From the NCBI GenBank assembly GCA_030167865.1, contig JALAGF010001016.1, forward strand, positions 1 through 48,790: a stretch of DNA of 48,790 nucleotides, written 5' to 3'. The notes below the pieces were generated by a model. It saw only the letters and a list, made by a program, of their open reading frames with translations. It was not told where the DNA came from and ran no database searches. This document shows positions 38,096 through 48,730 of this stretch, piece by piece (the stretch's first letter is position 1; each line of letters begins with the position of its first letter). This DNA is from Craspedostauros australis (lineage: Eukaryota). A program made the translations under genes and the position numbers.

Positions 38096-39880
38096 CTAGG
38101 AGCAGCCGGCAAACTGCTCTATCCTCTGCCGCTTTGCATGGTTGACCTGCGTCACGTCCGTCGCAGTTGTCGCAACTGGCTTGGCACGGGCCTTCTTGAT
38201 GCCGTCCATCTCCCGCTTCTTGCGGAATCCGTGCGACACCTTGTCCCGGGCTTCGACGAAGTCCACCTCGTACCAGGCACCGTCGTCCTTCGCCTTGCCT
38301 CGCTGCACCTTCTTGAGGAACCTCCCGCCCACCTTGTGGATCTCGTTGACGATGTGTTCTGACACTACCTTCTTCGTGCGGCGCGGCGAGGCCTCATAAC
38401 GATCGAACCATTCGCAGATCGACCGGCGCAGACGTTCGTTACCGCTGTGGCTTTGGAAGGGGCGTCCGCGGCCCAGGAGGATGTCGTGCTCGGTGATTTC
38501 GGTGATGCAGTTCTGGGGCTCCTTCTGTGGCTCTTCTGCTGCCTGATCTTGTTGGACCGAATGGCTGGAGCCTTGTGATGCGATGCTCTCCGTCGCGCTG
38601 CCGCTGGCGTTGACACTGCCATCGCTTACGCTCACATCGTCGCCTGGCTTGACTTGCGACGATTGCGAGGAGGACGCGATGTGCGCGGTGGAGATCTGCT
38701 GGATGGCTGCTGCCTGCAGCAGCTGCGCGGAGATGTTCTGCATGTGGATGGATGCTTCAAGCGTACGTCGATGATCAAGCCACTTGAGATGGTGAGTCAT
38801 GGTGATCTTGCCGTCGTCCGTGACCGGCATAGACGAGACCGGGATGCCGTAGCACATGAGCGCGTATTTGCATTGCTGCAGCGATCCGTAATGGACGCGG
38901 CATCGGTGGCGCACCTCCATGGGGAACGCCAGCTGGAGCTTGTCGATGATGCGCAGGAGGGTGTTGTTGAATTCGCCGACAAGATGGAGGCACTGGAACC
39001 GCACAGGAAGGAAGTTGAGGTTCTGGGCGCAGCGGAGGTAGTTGAGGAGCTGTTGGGCGTCCATGCCAACCGAGAGGTTGGTGGTCGTGTGGATGCAGAC
39101 GAAACCTGTCCTTTGGTTTTCCTCGTCGTCGACCATCGCCATTCCAAAGTAGAAGAAGACCTCGACTGGCGCAGGCGTTGAGAAGAGCTCGGCATCGAAG
39201 TTGAGGGAGCACATGATCGGCCTGCCAGCATGGTCGCGCCTGGGACACAGCTGCACCTTGCCGCTGCAGATGAGATCCTTGGCTTCATCCGAGAGGTCGT
39301 CCATAGTAATGCGTTTGACCAGAACGTCCTTGCCGAAGGTCTGTAGCTTGATCTCGAACCACCCCACGAATCTCTCGGCAGCCATCTTGGGGTTGAAGTG
39401 TTCGGTTCGGAGGAACATGATCCGAAGCTTGGCGTCATGGACGTAGGCTGGAGACTGCTGCAAGGCCAGGTTGTAGGCAAGCTTGTTGGGGATCATGTTG
39501 ATGTGGATGTCCATGTCGTCGAGCTTGGCGATGAGGAAGGAGGAAGTCTCCTCGTTGGGGCGCGACATCCCGTGCACATCCTGGTACACGCGTTGCTGGT
39601 CGTTGATGGACATGTTGCTCATCTCTCTGGCGATCAGTTCGGTTGCTGTGAGGTCAGTCGTCGCGTTGATGTCGTGAATTGTACCAATAATGCTATGAGA
39701 GGCTTGAGCTTTGTCGTTGTTGTTCCCTTTGGCGTGTTGTGCGTTGCAAGTGTTGTATGTGTTGTTTGTGTTGAATGTGTTGTGGGCGTTGTGGTTCTGC
39801 TTTCCGTTGTCGATGTGAGTTTTGTAAGGATTGTGAGAGGTGGTGGGAGATGTTGCGAGAAGTGGTGTGAGTATTATCAT
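38096..39880 (-). CDS. Diatom DUF6824-family protein with N-terminal CRAL-TRIO-like region
   Basis: C-terminal HDILLGRGRPFQSHSGNERLR..GGRFLK..WYEV..ARDKVSHGFR (DUF6824 pattern). LRIMFLRTEHFNPKMAAERF, RDHAGRPI and LPVRFQCLH are CRAL-TRIO-like. The start is uncertain. Confidence 0.75.
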   Translation of the reverse strand: MIILTPLLATSPTTSHNPYKTHIDNGKQNHNAHNTFNTNNTYNTCNAQHAKGNNNDKAQASHSIIGTIHDINATTDLTATELIAREMSNMSINDQQRVYQDVHGMSRPNEETSSFLIAKLDDMDIHINMIPNKLAYNLALQQSPAYVHDAKLRIMFLRTEHFNPKMAAERFVGWFEIKLQTFGKDVLVKRITMDDLSDEAKDLICSGKVQLCPRRDHAGRPIMCSLNFDAELFSTPAPVEVFFYFGMAMVDDEENQRTGFVCIHTTTNLSVGMDAQQLLNYLRCAQNLNFLPVRFQCLHLVGEFNNTLLRIIDKLQLAFPMEVRHRCRVHYGSLQQCKYALMCYGIPVSSMPVTDDGKITMTHHLKWLDHRRTLEASIHMQNISAQLLQAAAIQQISTAHIASSSQSSQVKPGDDVSVSDGSVNASGSATESIASQGSSHSVQQDQAAEEPQKEPQNCITEITEHDILLGRGRPFQSHSGNERLRRSICEWFDRYEASPRRTKKVVSEHIVNEIHKVGGRFLKKVQRGKAKDDGAWYEVDFVEARDKVSHGFRKKREMDGIKKARAKPVATTATDVTQVNHAKRQRIEQFAGCS

Positions 39881-41410
39881 GCCCTACTGTTCCAATGTTC
39901 ATGTTGTGTCATGCCATGTCATGTTCAGGAAGGATCATGCCAACAGCAACCGCCACAGTCTCAGCACAAGAACAGATACCCACATTCGTTTTTGCGTTTG
40001 CATTCGTATCTGTATTCGTATTTGTATTCGCACTTGCATCTCGGATGTCACAATCGACTGTGGCGCCCCCACTTTCTTTCGCCGCTACGGTAGTAGCAGT
40101 AGTAGCGACACGGGACAGTTTATCCACACTTTCCGCACCACCAAAAATGTGGCCGAGAGGAGAAGAAGTCCGTGGGGGACTTGGCGAAGCGCCTCCAGGG
40201 ATGGGTTCCGCATATTTCTTGCAATCGTTCGCAGTGAAGGCAGGAGGCGCGTGCACGACAGAACCCCCATCGAACAATATTTCTCTGCCAAGACGCATGA
40301 GGGCGCCTGCTGTGGAGGTGCTCCCTGCAAACCTGATGGTGACGGTCTCGGCTGTGTTGATGCTGCTGCTGACGCTGCCGATGATGGCAACGATGATGAG
40401 GCGTCGGTGGATAAAAGCAGCGCTGCAAGGCTGTCGATGGAACCGATGCGCGAGAGGTCCACGTCTTCCCAATCCTTTTGATCCATCGTGCCTGGTCTTG
40501 TGTGAATCTTGGCACTGCTATGGGATGATTCGTCGAGAAGGGATCCGCCCCCACCCCTAAGATACGAACAAGCCACGAGCAGGAAAGACAAACGCGAGAA
40601 TCGGGGTGGCGGTGTTCGTGTGGTGCTCATACCCGACACGACATGGTTCGCACACACTGATGACGGTCTGCAATACTCATACCAACGTTCTCAGTTGCTC
40701 ACAAGGGTGACGTTTGCTTTCGATTCGACACCGAAAGGGGAAGAGAACGAAGAGTGGAGCGCGCCCATGGACGTACGACTAGTCGCACCACACGAACCAG
40801 CCTGTTCCGGTTATTCTTCCCCGAGTGAGAGTTGTGGTGTGTGTCATGCGTGAGCGTGGAAATGCAAGGGAAGGCGTCTCCGCCTCCACTTTCTTGGCGG
40901 GAGCTTGGTGTTCCTCGGCGAGCCGCGTGTTGGCTCATGGAGGCGCAACGATGTCAACTGGCGGTTATGAAGCGTTATTTCAAATAGTTCTCGTTTGTGG
41001 GGGCGCTGCGTCCTGACTCATTCGTGATTTGACGGTTCATGCCACGTCATGGACCAGGCGAATGACAGACGTAATAAGAGACAAATAAATGCAAGTTCAA
41101 GCAAAACAACAAACAACAAACAACAGAACAACCAAAAAATGAACGTGTCATTTCGAAGAACGCAAGCGGGGAAGTTTGGTTTGGTTTGGTTTGCTGTGTG
41201 CAATCTCCGTCCACGTTGTCGTGTGTTACGATTTGAAAGGCTTCGATACTTCCATTCGTTCTGTTCCAACATCGGTAACAGGAACGTCGCCAACAGGAGC
41301 AGCAACAACAGGAGCACCATTTGCTCTTCTCTCCAACATCGAAACGGGAAGTTTTGGGGGCACAGATCCACATTCATAAAAAACAATCACAGACAAAATC
41401 GAAGTGCAAG

Positions 41411-43090
41411 ATGAGAGTATCGAGTTTAGCCGTGCTGCAACTGGCGGTTGCCGCGGAGCTGACGGCAGCATTCAGCAGCGTTCAGGCATTGACGACGCAG
41501 AGCAGACAAGCATCGGCACCCACGAAGAACTTCTCCGGTCTGCGTGCTTCCGTCGTTCCCGATCAGGAGCAGGTGGAGACGGATGCGTCGGAAGATGGCG
41601 ATGACGGCTGGCGACGCGCTGATCTCTTCGGAACGACGTTGATCGATCAGACGTTGGAGGAGCTGGAGACGGACGAGGAATACCAGGAGACGTCGAAGCG
41701 CATTGAGCAGATCGGATTGGAGGGCGTCTCCAGAGAGGAGCGCACCCAGCGCCGACGTGCGCTCACCAACCTCGGCATCCCATCGTTCTCCAAGTTCCTC
41801 GTGGATCAGCAGAAGGAGGTGGATGCCAAGGCAGACGCCGATGCCGCATCCACGGAAGCTCCAGAAGGGAGCAGCAACGCGAGCCGGAGGAAAATCTACC
41901 CACTGGAACGCAAGCCCACCACCATCCTGCAGTTGAACATCGGCCTGTACTGCAACATGGCCTGCAGCCACTGTCACGTGGAGTCGTCGCCGCTGCGCAA
42001 GGCGGAGATGATGACGGCCGAAACAGCCGCGCGCTGCATCCAGCTCTTGAAGTCCACGCCCTCGGTCACCACCCTCGACATCACGGGCGGCGCTCCCGAA
42101 TTGAATTCCAACTTCCGGTACCTGGTGCAAACGGCGCGTGCCGTGCGGCCGGACATCGACATCATCGATCGCTGCAACCTCACGGTGTTGCAGGAACCAG
42201 GACAGGAGGATCTCATCGATTTCCTCAAAGACAACAACGTGCACATCGTGGCGTCCCTGCCATGCTACTCCGAAGACAACGTCGACAAGCAGCGCGGGCG
42301 CGGTGTCTTTGATCGTTCCATCGCGGCCCTTTTGGCGCTCAACGATGCTGGCTACGGCAAGCAGAATGAAAACACGAAGCTCGACCTCGTGTACAACCCT
42401 GGCGGCGCCTTCCTTCCGCCGGAACAGGCTGGGTTGGAAGTGGCCTACAAGAAGGAGCTCAAGGCCAACTTCGACATCACCTTCGATTCGCTCTTCACCA
42501 TCACCAATATGCCCATCAAGCGATTCGCCGACTACTTGCACCGCAATGGAGAATTGACCCAGTACATGGACCTGTTGGTGCAGAATTTCAACCTCGAGAC
42601 CGTGGACAGCCTCATGTGCTTAGACACCGTCAGCGTCGGTTGGGACGGCAAGGTGCGTACGAATACAGCGGAGTGGCATGTCCTGACATTTTCATTTCCA
42701 TTGCTGTTCTTTTGCGCTGCTGCCGCTGAGTGTATCTTTGGTGTGCTGCGCTCATCAACCTTCGCGAGCTGCAGCGTGGAACGGACTGCAGTCTCACATC
42801 CCAAAGCAATCGACCGGCCAATCAACCTACCAACCGATCTGATCACTTCTCTTCTTCTCCCAAACTCCATCGCCAATGCCAACGCAAATACAAAATGCCA
42901 GATCTTCGATTGCGACTTCAACCAACAACTGGGATACGGCGTCGGAGTGGACAGCATCCATCGCGGTGGCATGACGGTTTACGACGTCGAGTCGCTTGAT
43001 GAGTTGCTGGCCAAACGGATCCGCACCGACAACCATTGCTTCGGTTGCACGGCCGGCATGGGTTCCAGCTGACAGGGTGCCACGACGTAA
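41411..43090 (+). CDS. arsS: Radical SAM/Cys-rich protein of the ArsS (arsenosugar biosynthesis) family; probable selenoprotein with plastid-type leader (2 exons, about 476 aa)
   Basis: CxxxCxxC motif LQLNIGLYCNMACSHCHVESSP, plus LDITGGAPELN, ASLPCY, LVYNPGGAFLPP, ITNMPIKRF and DCDFNQ. Ends HCFGCTAGMGSS-TGA-QGATT-TAA. Intron 42653-42901 (GTGCGT..CAG). Leader MRVSSLAVLQLAVAAELTAAF. Confidence 0.88.
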
Positions 43091-43332
43091 TGCAATTCCA
43101 TCGAGGAGTACGTACTAGTACCTCTGCGTACGGTAGAGCACAGTACTCCGGAATTGCATGCGCCGTGGCGATCCCAACGATGAGGCAGATCTTGGCAGAC
43201 CCCATTGCTGTCATGCTGACGTTTGCCTCATCGATTCATCCAATTATCGAAGGTTGATGCGGAGTGCAATCTGCTTGGATTCAGAAATGGGAGGGCATCC
43301 GTCTCGCCGTCCCCCAAAACCTTGCACACGTA

Positions 43333-43392
43333 GGATAGCAATGAATGACTCCTTGTGCGTCTCGATGCACAAGGATGAACAATTGCCCGTCC
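43333..43392 (+). promoter_or_regulatory. Candidate non-canonical SECIS element in the arsS 3'UTR
   Basis: Helix I GGAT/GCAAT pairs with ATTGC/GTCC. Core A-TGAC (43345-49) faces TGAA (43376-79). Helix II TCCTTGTGCGT(C) pairs with (G)ATGCACAAGGA over 11-12 bp. The apical loop has no AA. Confidence 0.6.
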
Positions 43393-43724
43393 TTCTCATG
43401 GCGTCGCATGTGCTCCGATGGAGTTCAATTGATTGACGAAGTCAGCACGATGTGGTCCATGAGGTCCAAAGCACGATCTGGCACTAACGCACAACTTTCA
43501 AACGGTTTGGACAACATGACGAAACACTATAATCGACCTAAGACATGATTGTTCATACGAAGAGACCGACACCTACACTTCAAAGTCGAGCAGCGTGCTG
43601 TGTCTATTGCTCAGGTCGAATGTCTATTCACTATCGACAGGAGATAGTGTCACTCTGATTGCCGCGCTGTTGTTGCTTCAAGAGTGTTGCATGTTGGCAG
43701 CACCAGCAACAACCATCTCGTCGC

Positions 43725-44348
43725 CTACAACTCGCCCCGGAACGCATCCTGCGATGCTTCCTCCGCATGAGCATCCTCCACCGGATGCTTCAGTCTGTGC
43801 CTTGCGCTCATCACCAACTGCGTTACCACGTGATCCGCGCCCCACTTATCCACCGCCATATCGATGACGGGCACGCCGTCGTTGGTCACCGATTCCGCGT
43901 CCACCCCCGCACGCAGCAGCAGGTCTACCACTTTCTCATGACCCCGGCTCACGGCGAAATGCAGCGGATTCCAACCCTTCTTGTCGCGCCGATCCTTGTA
44001 TTCCGGTTTCCATTCCAGATACTGCTTGATGAGCTCGATGTTGCCATTGGCTGCCGCAACACGGACATCCTTGGGCGTGAAGCGGGTTTTCGCGGGCGGT
44101 TGCTTGGACATCTGCTCGGCCTTGGCGCCGGCCTTGTCGTAGATATAATCGATGTCCGGATTCTGCGGTTGGTGAAAGGATTCGGCATGGACGTCCATTG
44201 CGATGTGCTCATTCTCCATCTGCTGCTTCATCATGGCGTTGATGGATGCGAATGCTGCATCCCTCGCATCGGCCTCGTCTTTGTATGGTGGTGCCGCATC
44301 CGTCTCATCCTCATCATCATTGTGTCCATCGGCGTATCTTTCCTCTGC

Positions 44349-44392
<44 letters not shown>

Positions 44393-45935
44393 GCTGCTGT
44401 TCTTCTTCGATGTGGTCATCGTCATTGTCACTATCACCATTGTCGTCACTGGGGATGCGGTTGTGCTCAGCACTCTCCCGTTCCTGCTGCATCTCCTGCA
44501 ACAATCGATCCAATCGCTCCTGCTCTTTGAGTTGCTCTTCGTATTCGTCATGCACTTCCGGCATCTCCTGATCTTGTTTCTCGTGCTGGTGCTGCGCGTT
44601 GCCTTCACCAACATCGTCGGCATCGCTGTTGTAGTATGCGTCGTATGCTGGATCAACTATGCCGTTGCGGCAGTAGTAGTCGTCATTGCCGTAGTCATCG
44701 CCGCACTGATCCCATGAAGAAGATCTGGATTGGCGGTTCCGTCGCTTGCCGTTGCTCCCGCAGAAAATGAGGCACGCCTTGGGATGCTTGGGGATGGTGA
44801 AGATGGTGACGAACGAGAAGACGAAGATCCCTGCCAGCGCAATGATGGTGGCGTAAGTGTTGAATGAACGCTTGCGACCTTCATCCACATGAGCCTTCAC
44901 CTTCTTCGCCGCCTTGGTGACATCCGCGACATTCTGGGCAACCGTGTCCTCCATCTCGTTCAGGAGCCCGCCCGTTTGACGCTTGATCTTGGAGTGGATG
45001 TCCTTCGTCGCCTCCTTGATTTGCTTGACCATCGTCGCAATCGCCGCTTCCATCTGTTCACGTTGCTCCTCCTGCAGTTCCTGGATGGACGTCTTGGAGT
45101 TCGCTGATGACCCGGTAGCAGCGTTCGAACTCGACGCGTGGCGATTCCTCGTCGATCTGGTTTTGGATTTCTGCTTTTGGGACGATGGTGCGGATGCCTT
45201 CTTCTGGTTGCTGTGATGCACGGTGTCCTGCGAGTGAGCGGACTGTAGAGTTGCAGCATATTGTTGGTGATCCGAGCAGTCGTTCGCTGACATGCCTTTA
45301 TCTTCTCCATCATCGAAGTCATCCAGATCTTCCTCATACTCCTCCATGTCATCACCGCTATCATCAGAGTCGTTGTAGCTGCCATCGTCGTACTCGTCGT
45401 CATCATGAGCGTGACGATCATCACGCCCTCCAGAGTCAGCTCCGGCATCGGCTCGGGCATCGTCCTTCGTCTCTTCAGCTGCGGAACCGGTCATTGCCAT
45501 TGCTGCCGTCTGTCCAACAGAAAAGAAGAGCTTCTGCACAACCTCCGCTGTCGCTGTCGCTTTCGTTGCTGTTGTGAGCGGCGGGAGCTTGCCGCCACCA
45601 CCGACCGCTGGCGAAGGAAGGATGCCATCCCGTGCCTGCAACCGCCTCTGCTCGGCAATCGCATGCGCGCGGCGGCAGGCATGATCCACGCGCTGTGCCA
45701 GCTGGTCGTACAGGACTGTATTGTCGCAAACCAGAGCGAGCTGCGACACATGCTGCTGCCACAGATTCTGGCAGTACTCCGCTCGCAGGATGATGGCGTT
45801 CCATGACTGATACTGCGGTCGATGCTGCGGCATCATCTCGTCGTACGGAGGCGTGGTCATGGCGAACAACAGCCGCTCCAGCTCGTACAGCTTCACTCGC
45901 TCGAGCCGAGCGCGGTGCTCTGTGGATTCCGACAT
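43725..45935 (-). CDS. Use1-like SNARE (coiled coil + TM) fused to an acidic/polyQ linker and ankyrin repeats, ending in RGEL
   Basis: Single open frame; first ATG is at 45935. SNARE-like helix EQREQMEAAIATMVKQIKE..LNEMEDTVAQNVADV, then TM IIALAGIFVFSFVTIFTIPK. Ankyrin units AAANGNIELIKQYL and DKKGWNPLHFAVSRGHEKVVDLLLRAGVD. Confidence 0.7.
44349..44393. repeat. (TTG)15 microsatellite encoding polyQ on the minus strand
   Basis: Read directly from the sequence. Confidence 0.95.
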
Positions 45936-46432
45936 GCTTTCGATGAATGATTCCAACGAGATGGGTGTAACGGTGTTCCTATGGATCTTCAGTGTGTTTG
46001 GGTGTTGCTACTGCGGTTTCTTGTGTGCTGCCTCTTCTTTGTCGTTGTTGATGTTGTTGTTGTTGTTGTGTGGTCATTTGCCCTTTCTTCGTGTTGTGTC
46101 GTGTCGTGTTGCTCGTCTTGTCCCGTGTCTGGTGCGATTGCGAAAGCTGCGGTAAGTTTACATTAGGTGGTATATAATAGCGTGTCCGTGTGACACATTC
46201 GAAAAAGGACATATCTCTACTACGTCCGTCATTCAACCGAATGTCTAAACCAAAATAGACCAACAGGTCCATCATCCCCGTCACTGTTTCGCAAGTTACG
46301 ACGACTCAACTACGGTTGCTGCTGGTCAAGAGGGTAACGATTGAAAGTGGCCTCTAACTCTCCATAGATTAATGAACAGGCGTCTCATTCGCTTATGGTT
46401 GTTACGGAGTCCTCCCATACTCACGTGCTCAC

Positions 46433-47980
46433 TCACTCGCGCACACATGCCACTGCCGTGCCACGGCCTTCGGATGCTGCATCCACCGATTGTGGTCGCT
46501 CATGCTGGTTTGCGACGGTCGTCGACACAGCGTCTGCTGAAGCCGCACCTGGCATAGACTTGACCCGCGTGGTCGGTGCCATTGGAGATGTGGAGGCTAC
46601 TTGGGCATGCTGTGCCAGTTGCGTACTCTGTTCGCTTGCAGAAAGCTGCGATTGGACAAGTCTCTCCAGATGTGCCAGAAGGTAGTGTTGCTGCTGCTGC
46701 CGTTGTTGTTGTTGGATCTGGTGCAAAGACTTCATCAAATTGGCCTGGCAAAGCAAAGAATCCCACAGCCCGGACGGGAGCGCTTGGGAGTTCATCGATG
46801 ATCGATCAGCTTGGTGCGGATCGTTGGCTCTTGCACTTTGGCCGAGCTGCGAAGTCGGCAGTGGCAATGACATGGACGCAATCGATGGCGGAGGCCAGGC
46901 GGAAGCCTGCTGTAGTGCTGGTCCTATTGAGAGGTGGGAATGTGATGATGACACAAGACGCAATGGCAGGCCCGTTTCTGTGGTTGCGACTTGGTTTGGC
47001 CAAACGAGTGGATTCGCCAGCCCTCCCACCTGTTGATTCGGAGCCATTTGGACGGAAGCGTCTTGATGGCCGGTGCCGCTTCTGGGCGGAGAAGGGGATG
47101 ATAGCTTGGTTGATACAGACTGCGGCTGCCGTTCTTCAGCAATGGATGGCCAGTCTGTTCCACCGCTCGAGCTGACTCCATCGGTTTGCTTCATCGCGGG
47201 AAAGTGTCCCACCATCGACACCCGAGCCTCTTGCCGTCTGGCAGTGCGTTCCATCACATTGTGAGGGTGGCTGCCTTCGTCCGCAACCACCTGGTGATAG
47301 ATCCTGACGCGTTCGCGTCGGATTGCCCGTCGGAGATCGTCAGACACCTTCTTTCGAACCTTGTCCTTGGGCAGAACGATCCACGTATCTTCTTGATGAT
47401 CTGCGGCATGATCTGTCTGCCCACACGATTTGCTCCCGCGCCTTGTTCTGTTGGCCAGCACCCTGTCGCATGTTGCGCCGCTTTCGGTTTTGCAGTTGCC
47501 CTTGGACTTGATTCCATTCTTCTGCAGTTTCGTTTTCTTCTCCGCGACCTTCTGAACGAAGCGGCCGTTCCTGGATGAGATTTCCGCAACGATCTGCTGT
47601 ATCATCTGCGGCCTGGCCTTGCTGGTCATCATGGTGTTGTACTCTTCACGGTACTGATTCACAAGTTTGCGATACACCACGGTTCCTGGCCATTTCTCGT
47701 GATCTCCTCTGCCTCTACCGCACACTACATCCGCAGCCGTGATCGAGTGGATGACTTGATCGAAAGTATCATCAGCGCCCGAACCGTTGTTGCCTTGCTG
47801 CGGATTGGTTGCCGATGCAGCTGCCGCACATCCGCCATCGCCACAGTCTTTCCGCGACGGGATACTGCGTGAATTTGAAGATGAACTTAATGGCGTGAGC
47901 GGCGTCTCCGAAGGCATTGCATTGGTATCCTGCGTGCCATCGACGGCGTCGCCGATTACGTCCACCACATCATGCAGCAT
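46433..47980 (-). CDS. DUF6824-family protein with low-complexity C-terminus
   Basis: ADVVCGRGRGDHEKWPGTVVYRKLV..IVAEISSRNGRFVQK..WIVLPKDKVRKKVSDDLRR; Gln/Ser/Pro-rich tail. Confidence 0.7.
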   Translation of the reverse strand: MLHDVVDVIGDAVDGTQDTNAMPSETPLTPLSSSSNSRSIPSRKDCGDGGCAAAASATNPQQGNNGSGADDTFDQVIHSITAADVVCGRGRGDHEKWPGTVVYRKLVNQYREEYNTMMTSKARPQMIQQIVAEISSRNGRFVQKVAEKKTKLQKNGIKSKGNCKTESGATCDRVLANRTRRGSKSCGQTDHAADHQEDTWIVLPKDKVRKKVSDDLRRAIRRERVRIYHQVVADEGSHPHNVMERTARRQEARVSMVGHFPAMKQTDGVSSSGGTDWPSIAEERQPQSVSTKLSSPSPPRSGTGHQDASVQMAPNQQVGGLANPLVWPNQVATTETGLPLRLVSSSHSHLSIGPALQQASAWPPPSIASMSLPLPTSQLGQSARANDPHQADRSSMNSQALPSGLWDSLLCQANLMKSLHQIQQQQRQQQQHYLLAHLERLVQSQLSASEQSTQLAQHAQVASTSPMAPTTRVKSMPGAASADAVSTTVANQHERPQSVDAASEGRGTAVACVRE

Positions 47981-48730
47981 GATTTCGTTGTCCTCGTCGC
48001 AGCGGCGTTCCTTGGGTGTAACGTAGAGTAGAGTACTAGCACGATGATTGTATCCGTGCGTTTGTATGTATCAGTTGGTTGAGTATCTGGAAATCTCACG
48101 TACGACTAGTCCTTCCTCCCATCGTTGCTTTGCCTCGGTTGGATCTCGTCACAAACAGGTTTCGTCGAATGATGCGCGCTGCACCGCCGTCGAGAGCAGT
48201 CGTCGTCGATACGTCAAACACAGGATCTTCCGCACTTTCTCCTTCTCTTGTTGTTGGTAATACTGACAAGATGATCTCTCTTGGTGTGAAAGCCGGTGAA
48301 CAATGGTGATTCTGATTTCGCCGAAATTTGTTTCCATTTCGTGAGATGCGCGTCGATGGCGACTGTGTCGTGTTGTTTTGGCGATAGTGTTGAACATAGC
48401 GCGAATATGACGTCTGGTACATGTCGTATTGACATCATTCCGATATTAACTTTATTCAGTGTTGAGTAGTAATAATAATCTGCATGTCGGTGATGCGACA
48501 TGGACACTTGACTCCAACGCATGGCTGCGCACAAATTGCTTTGGCGAATGGTGGATCGTGTGATTCTTTGGTTCGCGAACAACGATTTTCCTTCCAAGAT
48601 TGACCACTTCGATCAGAACTGCAGCAAAGGACGAATTGGCTTTTTCTCGCTCACGACTCGGAAAGCCGCCGAAATGGATCGAAGAAAGCAGCATCACGTA
48701 CTATCTCTATATCCATAATGAGGGTTTTCA

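Noticed and set aside
39909-40657. Minus-strand ORFs upstream of the DUF6824/CRAL-TRIO gene (e.g. MDQKDWEDVDLSRIG..)
   Set aside because: Could be a 5' exon, but I could not define a convincing in-frame splice, so it is left uncalled.
42653-42901. 83-aa 'insertion' in the ArsS ORF (VRTNTAEW...NTKCQ)
   Set aside because: It is a 249-bp stop-free GT..AG intron. Removing it restores the conserved WDGKIFDCDFNQ.
43516-43560. Alternative SECIS candidate ATGAC..(11 nt)..AA
   Set aside because: It has ATGA with an AA at suitable spacing, but helix II pairs poorly and no GA lies opposite the core.
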